A stretch of 64,000 nt of DNA from Escherichia coli (GTDB taxonomy: Bacteria > Pseudomonadota > Gammaproteobacteria > Enterobacterales > Enterobacteriaceae). Where the stretch lies: the NCBI RefSeq assembly GCF_016026235.1, contig NZ_CP065613.1; one strand, written 5' to 3'. Positions within the stretch are counted from its first letter, which is position 1. Every line of letters starts with the position of its first letter. The notes below the pieces were generated by a model. It saw only the letters and a program-made list of their open reading frames with translations. It did not search any database and had not been told where the DNA came from. Shown in pieces: positions 19,367 through 32,027 of the stretch. Position numbers and translations under genes: made by a program.

Positions 19367-20299
19367 TTAGTTTTCCAGTACTCGTGCGCCCGCCGTATCC
19401 AGCCGGCAAATATGAACAAAACCTTCCTGATTTTGCAGGTAGTTCTTACCCAACCAGTCGGCAACGCGCTGGGCGGTATCCGGCTTGTCACATAGAGCGA
19501 ACAAGGTCGGGCCGGAGCCGGAGATACCGCTCGCTACCGCGCCGATTTCCGCGACCGCCTGCCGCGCCTGCCGGAAGCCAGGCAGTAACCGTTCACGGTA
19601 GGGTTCAGCGATAACATCTTTCATCAGCTTCGCGGCAAGCTCAGGCTGACGGGAATAGCAGGCGTGAATGAAGCCAGCCAGATGTCGCCCGTGCGCAATG
19701 CAATCCTGGCGGCGATACTGCGCCGGTAAAATAGCCCGGGCTTCTGCCGTCGAGACTTTAATTCCCGGATACGCCAGCACCCACAGCCACTCATCAAACC
19801 CTGGCACTTGCTGGCTGATGATGTCGTTTTCTTCGATCATCAACTGCATACCACCAAGAAAACACGGTGCCACGTTGTCGTAATGAATGCTGCCGGAGAT
19901 ACGTCCTTCCAGCTCGCCCATCAAAGCCAGCAAACGGGTGTCATTAAGTGGCTTGCCGCAGTGTTCATTCATCGCCATCAGCGCCGCGACCACCGAACAG
20001 GCGCTGGAGCCTAAGCCCGAGCCGATCGGCATATTCTTTTCCAGAGTCATCGCCACTGGAATTTGCTTGCCCAGCTCCAGGCAAAAACGCTCCCAGCACT
20101 GATAAACGATATTTTCCCGTGGTTCTGACGGCAGCTTATCGGCAAAGCGTCCGAGGTTGTTGAGACTGAATGTCTCTGCCGCCTCAACCGTGACTACATC
20201 TCCGAGCAATGCACCATCAACGGGTGTCACCGCCGCCCCGAGCACATCAAACCCGACGCTCATATTGGCACTGGAAGCCGGGGCATAAACTTTAACCAT
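19367..20299 (-). CDS. thrB: Homoserine kinase
   Basis: [21 protein letters not shown]..., 310 aa. Confidence 0.97.
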   Translation of the reverse strand: MVKVYAPASSANMSVGFDVLGAAVTPVDGALLGDVVTVEAAETFSLNNLGRFADKLPSEPRENIVYQCWERFCLELGKQIPVAMTLEKNMPIGSGLGSSACSVVAALMAMNEHCGKPLNDTRLLALMGELEGRISGSIHYDNVAPCFLGGMQLMIEENDIISQQVPGFDEWLWVLAYPGIKVSTAEARAILPAQYRRQDCIAHGRHLAGFIHACYSRQPELAAKLMKDVIAEPYRERLLPGFRQARQAVAEIGAVASGISGSGPTLFALCDKPDTAQRVADWLGKNYLQNQEGFVHICRLDTAGARVLEN

Positions 20300-20300
20300 G

Positions 20301-22763
20301 TCAGACTCCTAACTTCCATGAGAGGGTACGTAGCAGATCGGCAAAGACACCAGCAGCGGTAACGTCATTGCCCGCACCATATCCGCGCAGCACCAACGGC
20401 AGCGGCTGATAATAGTGGCTATAAAAGGCCAGGGCGTTTTCGCCATTTTTCACTTTGAACAGCGGATCATTCCCATCCACTTCGGCAATCTTCACGCGGC
20501 AGACACCATCTTCATCAATATTGCCAACATAGCGCAAAACTTTTCCTTCATCACGGGCCTTCGCCACGCGCGCGGCAAAGAGATCGTCGAGCTGTGACAG
20601 ATTCGCCATAAAAGCGGCAACATCACCCTCGGCGTTAAACTCTGCGGGCAGCACAGGTTCAATTTCAATATCCGCCAGCTCCAGTTCACGTCCCGTTTCA
20701 CGAGCGAGAATCAATAGTTTACGCGCCACATCCATACCAGAAAGATCATCTCGCGGGTCCGGTTCGGTATAACCCATTTCCCGCGCCAGCGTGGTCGCCT
20801 CGGAGAAACTCATGCCTTCGTCTAACTTGCCGAAGATATAAGAAAGCGAACCTGAAAGAATGCCGGAGAACTTCACCAATTCATCACCTGCATTGAGCAG
20901 ATTTTGCAGGTTCTCAATAACCGGTAATCCAGCCCCAACGTTGGTGTCATAGAGGAATTTACGCCGCGATTTTTCCGCCGCATAACGCAACTGATGATAG
21001 TAATCCATCGACGAGGTGTTGGCCTTTTTGTTCGGCGTGACAACGTGGAAACCTTCGCGCAGGAAGTCGGCATATTGATCCGCCACTGCCTGGCTGGAGG
21101 TGCAGTCAACAATGACCGGGTTCAGCAGATGATATTCTTTCACGAGGCGAATTAAGCGCCCGAGATTAAACGGCTCTTTGGCTTGTGCAAGTTCTTCCTG
21201 CCAGTTTTCCAGATTAAGGCCATGCACACTAGTGAGCAGAGCCTTCGAGTTGGCAACGCCGCAGACACGTAAGTCGATATGTTTATTCTTCAGCCAGCTT
21301 TGCTGACGCTTCAGTTGCTCCAGCAGCGCACCGCCAACGCCACCGACGCCAATCACAAACACTTCGATAACCTGATCGGTATTGAACAGCATCTGATGAG
21401 TAACGCGCACGCCAGTGGTCGCATCATCGTTATTTACCACGACAGAGATTGAGCGTTCAGAAGATCCCTGAGCAATGGCGACAATGTTGATATTGGCGCG
21501 GGCCAGCGCGGCAAAGAATTTCGCCGAGATCCCACGCAAGGTGCGCATACCATCACCTACCACCGAGATAATGGCCAGCCGTTCCGTCACCGCCAGCGGC
21601 TCCAGTAAGCCTTCTTTCAGTTCCAGGTAGAACTCTTCCTGCATTGCCCGTTCAGCCCGCACACAGTCGCTTTGCGGAACGCAGAAACTGATACTGTATT
21701 CGGAAGATGATTGCGTAATCAGCACCACGGAAATACGGGCGCGTGACATCGCGGCAAAGACGCGCGCCGCCATGCCGACCATTCCTTTCATCCCCGGGCC
21801 GGAAACGCTGAACATTGCCATGTTATTCAGATTGGAAATGCCCTTGACCGGTAATTCGCCTTCATCACGACTGGCACCAATGAGCGTACCTGGTGCTTGA
21901 GGATTTCCGGTATTTTTAATCAGGCAAGGGATCTGGAACTGGGCGATGGGGGTAATGGTGCGGGGGTGAAGAACTTTAGCGCCGAAGTAGGAAAGCTCCA
22001 TCGCTTCCTGGTAGGACATCGACTTCAACAACCTCGCATCGGGCACCTGACGCGGGTCGCAGGTATAGACCCCGTCAACGTCCGTCCAAATCTCGCAACA
22101 ATCGGCGCGTAAACAGGCAGCCAGCACCGCCGCGGAGTAGTCGGAACCGTTGCGTCCAAGTACCACCAGTTCGCCTTTTTCATTACCGGCGGTGAAGCCT
22201 GCCATCAGCACCATGTGATCAGCCGGAATACGACTTGCCGCAATACGGCGGGTGGACTCAGCAATATCGACGGTAGATTCGAGGTAATGCCCCACTGCCA
22301 GTAGTTTTTCGACCGGATCGATAACGGTAACGTTGTGACCACGCGCTTCTAACACGCCGGCCATAATGGCGATCGACATTTTCTCGCCACGGCAAATCAG
22401 CGCAGCGTTAATGCTATCCGGGCACTGCCCTAACAAACTAATGCCATGCAGGACATGTTTTATTTGGGCAAATTCCTGGTCGACGAAAGTTTTCAATTGC
22501 GCCAGCGGGAATCCCGGCTGGGCGGCGGCGAGTCCCGTCAAAAGTTCGGCAAAAATACGTTCGGCATCGCTGATATTGGGTAAAGCATCCTGGCCGCTAA
22601 TGGTTTTTTCAATCATCGCCACCAGGTGGTTGGTGATTTTGGCGGGGGCAGAGAGGACGGTGGCCACCTGCCCCTGCCTGGCATTGCTTTCCAGAATATC
22701 GGCAACCCGCAGAAAACGTTCTGCATTTGCCACTGATGTACCGCCGAACTTCAACACTCGCAT
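20301..22763 (-). CDS. thrA: Bifunctional aspartokinase I / homoserine dehydrogenase I
   Basis: [20 protein letters not shown]..., 820 aa; the ORF-track start at 22805 is an upstream extension. Confidence 0.97.
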   Translation of the reverse strand: MRVLKFGGTSVANAERFLRVADILESNARQGQVATVLSAPAKITNHLVAMIEKTISGQDALPNISDAERIFAELLTGLAAAQPGFPLAQLKTFVDQEFAQIKHVLHGISLLGQCPDSINAALICRGEKMSIAIMAGVLEARGHNVTVIDPVEKLLAVGHYLESTVDIAESTRRIAASRIPADHMVLMAGFTAGNEKGELVVLGRNGSDYSAAVLAACLRADCCEIWTDVDGVYTCDPRQVPDARLLKSMSYQEAMELSYFGAKVLHPRTITPIAQFQIPCLIKNTGNPQAPGTLIGASRDEGELPVKGISNLNNMAMFSVSGPGMKGMVGMAARVFAAMSRARISVVLITQSSSEYSISFCVPQSDCVRAERAMQEEFYLELKEGLLEPLAVTERLAIISVVGDGMRTLRGISAKFFAALARANINIVAIAQGSSERSISVVVNNDDATTGVRVTHQMLFNTDQVIEVFVIGVGGVGGALLEQLKRQQSWLKNKHIDLRVCGVANSKALLTSVHGLNLENWQEELAQAKEPFNLGRLIRLVKEYHLLNPVIVDCTSSQAVADQYADFLREGFHVVTPNKKANTSSMDYYHQLRYAAEKSRRKFLYDTNVGAGLPVIENLQNLLNAGDELVKFSGILSGSLSYIFGKLDEGMSFSEATTLAREMGYTEPDPRDDLSGMDVARKLLILARETGRELELADIEIEPVLPAEFNAEGDVAAFMANLSQLDDLFAARVAKARDEGKVLRYVGNIDEDGVCRVKIAEVDGNDPLFKVKNGENALAFYSHYYQPLPLVLRGYGAGNDVTAAGVFADLLRTLSWKLGV

Positions 22764-22787
22764 GGTTGTTACCTCGTTACCTTTGGT

Positions 22788-22830
22788 CGAAAAAAAAGCC
22801 CGCACTGTCAGGTGCGGGCTTTTTTCTGTG
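22788..22830 (-). terminator. thr attenuator (leader terminator)
   Basis: GCCCGCACCTGACAGTGCGGGC hairpin followed by a T run on the minus strand, between thrL and thrA. Confidence 0.7.
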
Positions 22831-22843
22831 TTTCCTGTACGCG

Positions 22844-22912
<69 letters not shown>

Positions 22913-23122
22913 TGTTGTGTACTCTGTAATTTTTATCTGTCTGTGCGCTATGCCTATATTGGTTAAAGTATTTAGTGACCTAAGTCAATAAAATTTTAAT
23001 TTACTCACGGCAGGTAACCAGTTCAGAAGCTGCTATCAGACACTCTTTTTTTAATCCACACAGAGACATATTGCCCGTTGCAGTCAGAATGAAAAGCTGA
23101 AAAATACTTACTAAGGCGTTTT

Positions 23123-23809
23123 TTATTTGGTGATATTTTTTTCAATATCATGCAGCAAACGGTGCAACATTGCCGTGTCTCGTTGCTCTAAAAGCCCCAG
23201 GCGTTGCTGTAACCAGTCGACCAGTTTTATGTCATCTGCCACTGCCAGAGTCGTCAGCAATGCCATGACTCGTTCGCGTAAAGCTTGCAGTTGATGTTGG
23301 TCTGCCGTTGTGTCACTTTTCGCCGGTTGTTGTATTAATGTTGCTAATTGATAGCAATAGACCATCACCGCCTGCCCCAGATTGAGCGAAGGATAATCCG
23401 CCACCATCGGCACACCAGTAAGAACGTCAGCCAACGCTAACTCTTCGTTAGTCAGCCCGGAATCTTCGCGACCAAACACCAGCGCGGCATGGCTCATCCA
23501 TGAAGATTTTTCCTCTAACAGCGGCACCAGTTCTACTGGCGTGGCGTAGTAATGATATTTCGCCCGACTGCGCGCAGTGGTGGCGACAGTGAAATCGACA
23601 TCGTGTAACGATTCAGCCAGTGTTGGGAAAACTTTAATATTATCAATAACATCACCAGATCCATGTGCGACCCAGCGGGTGGCTGGCTCCAGGTGTGCCT
23701 GACTATCGACAATCCGCAGTTCGCTAAAACCCATCGTTTTCATTGCCCGCGCCGCTGCCCCAATATTTTCTGCTCTGGCGGGTGCGACCAGGATAATCGT
23801 TATACGCAT
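23123..23809 (-). CDS. lasT: SpoU-family tRNA/rRNA methyltransferase LasT (YjtD)
   Basis: MRITIILVAPARAENIGAAARAMKTMGF..., 228 aa; last gene of the K-12 map, so K-12 coordinate 1 corresponds to about window position 23098. Confidence 0.9.
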   Translation of the reverse strand: MRITIILVAPARAENIGAAARAMKTMGFSELRIVDSQAHLEPATRWVAHGSGDVIDNIKVFPTLAESLHDVDFTVATTARSRAKYHYYATPVELVPLLEEKSSWMSHAALVFGREDSGLTNEELALADVLTGVPMVADYPSLNLGQAVMVYCYQLATLIQQPAKSDTTADQHQLQALRERVMALLTTLAVADDIKLVDWLQQRLGLLEQRDTAMLHRLLHDIEKNITK

Positions 23810-24208
23810 ATTGCCACTCTTCTTGACCAAATAACCGCGAACAGGGTGATCACTGTCAACTTATTACGCGGTGCGAATTTACAAATTCTTAACGTAAGTC
23901 GCAGAAAAAGCCCTTTACTTAGCTTAAAAAAGGCTAAACTATTTCCTGACTGTACTAACGGTTTAATTGTTAAAAAATGCTACATATCCTTCTGTTTACT
24001 TAGGATAATTTTATAAAAAATAAATCTCGACAATTGGATTCACCACGTTTATTAGTTGTATGATGCAACTAGTTGGATTATTAAAATAATGTGACGAAAG
24101 CTAGCATTTAGATACGATGATTTCATCAAACTGTTAACGTGCTACAATTGAACTTGATATATGTCAACGAAGCGTAGTTTTATTGGGTGTCCGGCCCCTC
24201 TTAGCCTG

Positions 24209-24349
24209 TTATGTTGCTGTTAAAATGGTTAGGATGACAGCCGTTTTTGACACTGTCGGGTCCTGAGGGAAAGTACCCACGACCAAGCTAATGATGTTGT
24301 TGACGTTGATGGAAAGTGCATCAAGAACGCAATTACGTACTTTAGTCAT
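24209..24349 (-). CDS. yjjY: Small uncharacterized protein YjjY (46 aa)
   Basis: Reverse complement reads ATG ACT AAA GTA CGT AAT TGC ... TAA, the K-12 yjjY frame; not in the ORF track because it is under 60 aa. Confidence 0.65.
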   Translation of the reverse strand: MTKVRNCVLDALSINVNNIISLVVGTFPQDPTVSKTAVILTILTAT

Positions 24350-24444
24350 GTTACGCCGATCATGTTAATTTGCAGCATGCATCAGGCAGGTCAGGGACTT
24401 TTGTACTTCCTGTTTCGATTTAGTTGGCAATTTAGGTAGCAAAC

Positions 24445-25161
24445 ATGCAGACCCCGCACATTCTTATCGTTGAAGACGAGTTGGTAACACGCAACACGTT
24501 GAAAAGTATTTTCGAAGCGGAAGGCTATGATGTTTTCGAAGCGACAGATGGCGCGGAAATGCATCAGATCCTCTCTGAATATGACATCAACCTGGTGATC
24601 ATGGATATCAATCTGCCGGGTAAGAACGGTCTTCTGTTAGCGCGTGAACTGCGCGAGCAGGCGAATGTTGCGTTGATGTTCCTGACTGGCCGTGACAACG
24701 AAGTCGATAAAATTCTCGGCCTCGAAATCGGTGCAGATGACTACATCACCAAACCGTTCAACCCGCGTGAACTGACGATTCGTGCACGCAACCTGCTGTC
24801 CCGTACCATGAATCTGGGTACTGTCAGCGAAGAACGTCGTAGCGTTGAAAGCTACAAGTTCAATGGTTGGGAACTGGACATCAACAGCCGTTCGTTGATC
24901 GGCCCTGATGGCGAGCAGTACAAGCTGCCGCGCAGCGAGTTCCGCGCCATGCTTCACTTCTGTGAAAACCCAGGCAAAATTCAGTCCCGTGCTGAACTGC
25001 TGAAGAAAATGACCGGCCGTGAGCTGAAACCACACGACCGTACTGTAGACGTGACGATCCGCCGTATTCGTAAACATTTCGAATCTACGCCGGATACGCC
25101 GGAAATCATCGCCACCATCCACGGTGAAGGTTATCGCTTCTGTGGTGATCTGGAAGATTAA
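24445..25161 (+). CDS. arcA: Aerobic respiration control response regulator ArcA
   Basis: [30 protein letters not shown]..., 238 aa OmpR-family regulator. Confidence 0.97.
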
Positions 25162-25175
25162 TCGGCTTTTCCACC

Positions 25176-25215
25176 GTCAAAAAAAACGGCGCTTTTTAGC
25201 GCCGTTTTTATTTTT
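25176..25215. terminator. Bidirectional terminator between arcA and creD
   Basis: AAAACGGCGCTTTTTAGCGCCGTTTTT hairpin with flanking A/T runs. Confidence 0.65.
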
Positions 25216-25220
25216 CAACC

Positions 25221-26573
25221 TTATTTCCAGATACGTAATTCATCGTCCGTTGTAACTTCTTTACTGGCTTTCATTTTCGGCAGTGAAAACGCATACCAGT
25301 CGATATTACGAGTCACAAACATCATGCCGGCCAGCGCCACCACCAGCACACTGGTTCCCAACAACAGCGCGCTATCGACAGAGTTGAGCAGTCCCCACAT
25401 CACTCCATCCAGCAACAACAGCGCGAGGGTAAACAACATGCTATTGCGCCAGCCTTTCAATACCGCCTGCAAATAAATACCGTTCATTAACGCCCCAATC
25501 AGACTGGCGATTATCCATGCCACGGTAAAACCGATATGTTCAGAAAGCGCCAGCAAGAGCAAATAAAACATCACCAATGAAAGCCCCACCAGCAAATATT
25601 GCATTGGGTGTAAACGTTGCGCGGTGAGCGTTTCAAAAACAAAGAACGCCATAAAAGTCAGTGCAATCAGCAGAATGGCGTACTTAGTCGCCCGGTCCGT
25701 TAATTGGTATTGATCGGCTGGCGTCGTCACTGCGACGCTAAACGCGGGGAAGTTTTCCCAGCCGGTATCATTGCCTGAAGCAAAACGCTCACCGAGATTA
25801 TTAGCAAACCAGCTGCTTTGCCATTGCGCCTGAAAACCTGACTCGCTAACTTCCCGTTTGGCTGGCAAAAAATCACCTAAAAAACTGGGATGCGGCCAGT
25901 TGCTGGTTAAGGTCATTTCGCTATTACGCCCGGCAGGCACCACAGAAAGATCGCCGGTACCGCTTAAATTCAGGGCCATATTCAGCTTCAGGTTCTGCTT
26001 CCGCCAGTCCCCTTCGGGTAAAGGGATATGCACGCCCTGCCCGCCTTGCTCTAACCCGGTGCCGGGTTCAATGGTCAGCGCCGTTCCGTTAACTTCAGGC
26101 GCTTTCACCACACCAATACCACGCGCATCCCCGACGCTAATCACAATAAATGGCTTGCCAAAGGTGATATTTGGCGCGTCGAGTTCGCTAAGACGCGAAA
26201 CATCGAAATCGGCTTTTAGCGTTAAATCACTGTGCCAGACCTGACCGGTATAAATCCCTATCTTGCGTTCTTCCACGTTCTGATTGCCATCAACCATCAA
26301 TGACTCAGGTAACCAAAAATGGATAAAACTTCGTTTCCGCTCCACGGTTTTATCCTCTTCCTGTACCGTATAAAGCTCGGTCACAGGAATAGCGATAAGC
26401 GGCCCAACGAGTTTTTGCGGCCCGCTGGTACTTTGGCGAATCGCATCTTCCACATCGCTACGGTAATCGGCACGTTCGACAATCACCTGCCGAATCAGCA
26501 TTATCGGAATCAACAACAGCAATACTGCACCAAACAGGGTGGTCATTTTCCAGAACAGGGGGGATTTCAACAT
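25221..26573 (-). CDS. creD: Inner membrane protein CreD
   Basis: 450 aa, K-12 synteny. Confidence 0.93.
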   Translation of the reverse strand: MLKSPLFWKMTTLFGAVLLLLIPIMLIRQVIVERADYRSDVEDAIRQSTSGPQKLVGPLIAIPVTELYTVQEEDKTVERKRSFIHFWLPESLMVDGNQNVEERKIGIYTGQVWHSDLTLKADFDVSRLSELDAPNITFGKPFIVISVGDARGIGVVKAPEVNGTALTIEPGTGLEQGGQGVHIPLPEGDWRKQNLKLNMALNLSGTGDLSVVPAGRNSEMTLTSNWPHPSFLGDFLPAKREVSESGFQAQWQSSWFANNLGERFASGNDTGWENFPAFSVAVTTPADQYQLTDRATKYAILLIALTFMAFFVFETLTAQRLHPMQYLLVGLSLVMFYLLLLALSEHIGFTVAWIIASLIGALMNGIYLQAVLKGWRNSMLFTLALLLLDGVMWGLLNSVDSALLLGTSVLVVALAGMMFVTRNIDWYAFSLPKMKASKEVTTDDELRIWK

Positions 26574-26630
26574 AGTCTTCTCCTTTGCAATGGCAGCAGG
26601 ATACGAAGGCTATGTGGGAAGAATTTGAAG

Positions 26631-28055
26631 CTATGTGAAGTGACGGTGAAGTCGAAGCGAGGCCAGCACGCCACCTTCCTGCACGTTGCGCAGCGTGACT
26701 TCGCCGTTAAACAAACGGGCGACCTCACTGACGAACGCCAACCCCAGACCGCTGCTTTTTTGCCCATTTGCACGCGGCAAAGAGTAAAAGCGTTCAAAAA
26801 TACGTGACAGCGCGTAGTCAGGAATACCACTACCGGTATCCAGCACCTTAAGCGTGACGTGTTCCTGATCCACTTCGGCGCTTAGCGTTATACGACCGCT
26901 CTCGGGGGTAAAATCGATGGCGTTATCCAGTAAATTCCCCAGCGCCTGATCCAGTAACGCCGGTTCAGCAGCAACATTAACCTCGGTGGGCGTAACATGT
27001 AGAGTGATGTTTTTTTCTGCCAACTGCACGGTGCGCGCTTCGCTGACGCGGCGGAATAATGCCGCCACATCAACAGCAGTCAAAACGACTTCCTGACGAT
27101 TCTCCAGTCTTGCCTGGCGTAGTAACGTTTCCACCAGTGCCTGCATTCGCGCATTTTGCGTCAGAATGTTGTCAGTAAAACGAGCCACTACTTCAGGCGG
27201 CGGACCTTCGCGTAAAATTTCCGCCGCGCCACGAATCGCCGCCAGTGGGCTTTTTAGCTCATGGGTTAACGCATAAACATACTGCTCAATATAGTTTTTC
27301 CCTTCCAGCTTCACGCGCATACTTTCCAGCGCCTGCGCGAGTTTACGCAGCTCGCTACTACCGAGATCGGGAAGAGGAACGGGCTTATTGTCAGTGACGG
27401 AATCAGCATAGCGAGTGAGCCGGGCAATGGAGCGGTTGATCCACCAAACCATGCCTGCGCCAATCACCAGTGCGATCCCCAACAAAATGGCGCTGGCCCA
27501 TAAAATTCGCCGCTCGCTGCGTTTAATGACCGGAGCCATCGCCGCGTTCGGTTTGCCTACGCTCAAAACGCCAATAAGCCGCGAGCCGTCCATAATCGGC
27601 GCGGCAACATACATCACCGAACTTTCGGGATCGGCAGGATTTTGCAACGTGCTACGCGCACCATACTGACCACGCAACGTTAGCCAGACGTCATTCCAGC
27701 GCGAATAATCCTGCCCAACGGCTTTATTTGCCGAATCGAACAATACTTTGCCCTGCGCATCGGTCATATAGACATGATATTCATTGCGCACTTTGTTAAT
27801 GCCACCGATATTGGCGCGAAACGGGCGGTGTTGTAGCTGATTAAACGCCTGCGCCAGTTGCCCATGCGTTGGGTCCCCAGAGAGCAAATCGGGACGCGCC
27901 AGCTCCGCCAGCAACGTTGCGGTATCGATTAACGTCCCCTCCGTTGCTCTTCGCACGCCCGGTTTAACTTCTTTGACAAAAATAGCCAGTACGAACCAGG
28001 CCGCCACCGCCACCAGTAAAAAATAGCCCAGCAGCAACCGCATGCCGATACGCAT
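26631..28055 (-). CDS. creC: Sensor histidine kinase CreC
   Basis: 474 aa with HisKA/HATPase motifs. Confidence 0.93.
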   Translation of the reverse strand: MRIGMRLLLGYFLLVAVAAWFVLAIFVKEVKPGVRRATEGTLIDTATLLAELARPDLLSGDPTHGQLAQAFNQLQHRPFRANIGGINKVRNEYHVYMTDAQGKVLFDSANKAVGQDYSRWNDVWLTLRGQYGARSTLQNPADPESSVMYVAAPIMDGSRLIGVLSVGKPNAAMAPVIKRSERRILWASAILLGIALVIGAGMVWWINRSIARLTRYADSVTDNKPVPLPDLGSSELRKLAQALESMRVKLEGKNYIEQYVYALTHELKSPLAAIRGAAEILREGPPPEVVARFTDNILTQNARMQALVETLLRQARLENRQEVVLTAVDVAALFRRVSEARTVQLAEKNITLHVTPTEVNVAAEPALLDQALGNLLDNAIDFTPESGRITLSAEVDQEHVTLKVLDTGSGIPDYALSRIFERFYSLPRANGQKSSGLGLAFVSEVARLFNGEVTLRNVQEGGVLASLRLHRHFT

Positions 28056-28744
28056 TACAGGCCCCTCAGGCTATATCCCATGCCGCGATGAGTATTAATC
28101 GGAGAAAGATCGGGGTTGATGGCGCGCAGCTTGGCACGCAACGTTTTAATGTGGGTATCGACGGTGCGATCGTAGGTGTCCTGCGCATCTTCCCACACGC
28201 TATCCATTAGTTGCTGGCGGGACCAGACGCGGCCTGGCGACTTGAGTAACGTCTTCAGCAATAAAAACTCATACCGCGTCAGCGTTAATGGCGTGTCAAA
28301 CCAGCTGATCTGCGCCGCGGGTTCATTCAATTCAAAATGACCAATACGGATGACGGGAGACGGCGACGAGAACTTCTTCACCCGACGCAGTAAGGTGCGC
28401 ACCCTGGCGCACACTTCGCGGGGTGAAAACGGTTTAGCCACATAGTCGTCAGCGCCAATTTCCAGCCCAAGCAGGCGATCGACCTCTTCACTTCGGGCCG
28501 TCAGGAACAGTACAGGTAACGCCGGATGGAGCGCCAGTAACTGGCGGCACAATTCAAAGCCGCTGATATCAGGCAAACCAACATCGAGAATCATGACGTC
28601 GGGAACCTGCTGGCGAGCTTTATCCAGCACCGGCAAGCCTCGCTCAAAGACCTCGACGGCAAAACCTTCCTGCTGCAACATGTAGACCAGCGTGTCGGCT
28701 ATCCCTTGCTCATCTTCCACTAACCAGACCGTTTCCCGTTGCAT
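28055..28744 (-). CDS. creB: Response regulator CreB
   Basis: 229 aa OmpR-family regulator; its stop overlaps the creC start. Confidence 0.93.
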   Translation of the reverse strand: MQRETVWLVEDEQGIADTLVYMLQQEGFAVEVFERGLPVLDKARQQVPDVMILDVGLPDISGFELCRQLLALHPALPVLFLTARSEEVDRLLGLEIGADDYVAKPFSPREVCARVRTLLRRVKKFSSPSPVIRIGHFELNEPAAQISWFDTPLTLTRYEFLLLKTLLKSPGRVWSRQQLMDSVWEDAQDTYDRTVDTHIKTLRAKLRAINPDLSPINTHRGMGYSLRGL

Positions 28745-28756
28745 AAATCGCCTCTG

Positions 28757-29230
28757 TTATTGCCGCCACGGCATGACAGGAACCGCGCTAATCGCGTTTT
28801 TCGGCGAACCTTCTACAACTTTGTCGGAGTAAGCCAGATAAGCGAGCGCGTTGCGTTTGGCGTCATAAAAGCGCACGACCTGTAACGACTTAAAGACCAG
28901 GGACGTGCGTTTTTTGAATACTACCTCGCCCTGAGCTTTGCCGTTTTTAATACGATCCGACAGTTCAATCGGCCCGACTTGCTGACAAGAAATAGCCGCA
29001 TCGGAGGTATCTTCCGCCAGACCCAATCCCCCTTTAATACCACCTGTTTTCGCCCGGCTCACATAACAGGTGACATTTTTCACATCGGGATCGTCAAAGG
29101 CTTCCACAACAATTTTGTGATCCGGGCCGATCATTTTAAATACGGTGTCGACCGAACCAATCTCTTCTGCATGAGCCAATGGCCCCAGCATTATCAGGCT
29201 TAAAGACAGGATCAAATGCTTGTATTTCAT
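28757..29230 (-). CDS. creA: Periplasmic protein CreA
   Basis: 157 aa with signal peptide. Confidence 0.93.
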
Positions 29231-29440
29231 ATTGTTACCATTTTTATCTATTACACGAGCAATTAGTTCGTCACGGTAAATAACATATTGATTAAGAACA
29301 AAATCTCAATACTTTTATTTCCGTCAAGCCCTAAAACATACTCTACTAAGAAAAAAACACTGAATGCTAAAACAGCAAAAAATGCTATTATCCAATTACC
29401 TGATGTCAGGTGCTCGTTGTTGAAAGGATGAGGATATTTT

Positions 29441-30310
29441 ATGGATCAGGCCGGCATTATTCGCGACCTTTTAATCTGGCTGGAAGGTCATCTGGATCAG
29501 CCCCTGTCGCTCGACAATGTAGCGGCGAAAGCAGGTTATTCCAAGTGGCACTTACAGAGAATGTTTAAAGATGTCACTGGCCATGCTATTGGCGCGTATA
29601 TTCGTGCTCGTCGTTTGTCGAAATCGGCGGTCGCACTACGCCTGACTGCGCGTCCGATTCTGGACATCGCGCTGCAATACCGCTTCGACTCTCAACAGAC
29701 ATTTACTCGCGCATTCAAGAAGCAGTTTGCCCAGACTCCTGCACTTTACCGCCGTTCTCCTGAATGGAGCGCCTTTGGTATTCGCCCGCCGCTACGTCTG
29801 GGTGAATTCACAATGCCAGAGCACAAATTTGTCACCCTGGAAGATACGCCGCTGATTGGTGTTACCCAGAGCTACTCCTGTTCGCTGGAGCAAATCTCTG
29901 ATTTCCGCCATGAAATGCGTTATCAGTTCTGGCACGATTTTCTCGGCAACGCGCCGACCATTCCGCCAGTGCTCTACGGCCTGAATGAAACGCGTCCGAG
30001 TCAGGATAAAGACGACGAACAAGAGGTATTCTATACCACCGCGTTAGCCCAGGATCAGGCAGATGGCTATGTACTGACGGGGCATCCGGTGATGCTGCAG
30101 GGCGGCGAATATGTGATGTTTACCTATGAAGGTCTGGGAACCGGCGTGCAGGAGTTTATCCTGACGGTATACGGAACGTGCATGCCAATGCTCAACCTGA
30201 CGCGCCGTAAAGGTCAGGATATTGAGCGATACTACCCGGCAGAAGACGCCAAAGCGGGAGATCGCCCAATTAATCTGCGCTGTGAACTGCTGATTCCTAT
30301 CCGCCGTTAA
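29441..30310 (+). CDS. rob: AraC/XylS-family right-origin-binding regulator Rob
   Basis: MDQAGIIRDLLIWLEGHLDQPLSLDNVAAKAGYSKWHLQRMFK..., 289 aa. Confidence 0.95.
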   Translation: MDQAGIIRDLLIWLEGHLDQPLSLDNVAAKAGYSKWHLQRMFKDVTGHAIGAYIRARRLSKSAVALRLTARPILDIALQYRFDSQQTFTRAFKKQFAQTPALYRRSPEWSAFGIRPPLRLGEFTMPEHKFVTLEDTPLIGVTQSYSCSLEQISDFRHEMRYQFWHDFLGNAPTIPPVLYGLNETRPSQDKDDEQEVFYTTALAQDQADGYVLTGHPVMLQGGEYVMFTYEGLGTGVQEFILTVYGTCMPMLNLTRRKGQDIERYYPAEDAKAGDRPINLRCELLIPIRR

Positions 30311-30954
30311 CGCTGCAGCTCATCTAATGCAGGGGCGTCCAGATGCGAGATGTCCCCTGCGGTTTCAACGACCCAGCCAGACGCCAGCCACAGGCTTTCC
30401 TGATAATCCACGCGCGAAATAGAACAGTTACGCAGACGTAAGCGGCGCTCTGCCCATGCTGGTAATCCGAGAATCGTACTCACCAGACATCCCAGTGCAA
30501 TACCATGGCTCACCAGCAGCGGTCGGCTTCCCTGCGGTAAGTCCCGGCAAGATTCCAGTGCCGCATTGACGCGATCGCTGAGCTCCTGCATTGACTCGCC
30601 TTCAGGAATACGCCCGTCAACGGTGCCATTGACCAGCTGCCGACGCCAGTTCTCTTCTTCTTCGGTCAGAGAATCGATATGTCTTTTTTCCAGCACACCC
30701 ATGTTTAATTCACGCAGGCGAGAATCAAAGATGATGTCACAGCCGCAGGCCTGGGCGATGATTTCCGCCGTACGCCGGGTGCGTCCTAAATCGCTACTGA
30801 TAATATGCGTAATGCCAAGCTCTTTGGCACGGGTTGCCACCTGCATCGCCTGTTGCTCACCTTTGGCGGTCAGCGGGCTGTCAGACTGGCCCTGAATACG
30901 TCGCTCGGCGTTCCACTGCGTTTCACCGTGGCGGACTAGGTATACCTGTAACAT
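30307..30954 (-). CDS. gpmB: Probable phosphoglycerate mutase GpmB (YtjC)
   Basis: MLQVYLVRHGETQWNAERRIQGQSDSPLT..., 215 aa histidine phosphatase. Confidence 0.95.
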   Translation of the reverse strand: MLQVYLVRHGETQWNAERRIQGQSDSPLTAKGEQQAMQVATRAKELGITHIISSDLGRTRRTAEIIAQACGCDIIFDSRLRELNMGVLEKRHIDSLTEEEENWRRQLVNGTVDGRIPEGESMQELSDRVNAALESCRDLPQGSRPLLVSHGIALGCLVSTILGLPAWAERRLRLRNCSISRVDYQESLWLASGWVVETAGDISHLDAPALDELQR

Positions 30955-30993
30955 GCTTTTTTTCCGTATACTGCTGTAACGTTAATTTTCTGA

Positions 30994-31527
<534 letters not shown>

Positions 31528-31610
31528 GACGGATAAGGCGTTCACGCCGCATCCGGCATTCGGTGCACGATGCCTGATGCGACGCTGCCGCGTCTTATCA
31601 GGCCTACAAA
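31528..31610. repeat. REP element pair
   Basis: GGATAAGGCGTTCACGCCGCATCCGGCA and the inverted copy TGCCTGATGCGACGCTG...TTATCAGGCCTAC. Confidence 0.7.
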
Positions 31611-31611
31611 A

Positions 31612-31953
<342 letters not shown>

Positions 31954-32027
31954 TTAGCGGGGGAAGCAAAATGCCTCCCCCGGTTGTACTCGCTAAAGAG
32001 TACGATAGCATATCATAAACGTGCGGA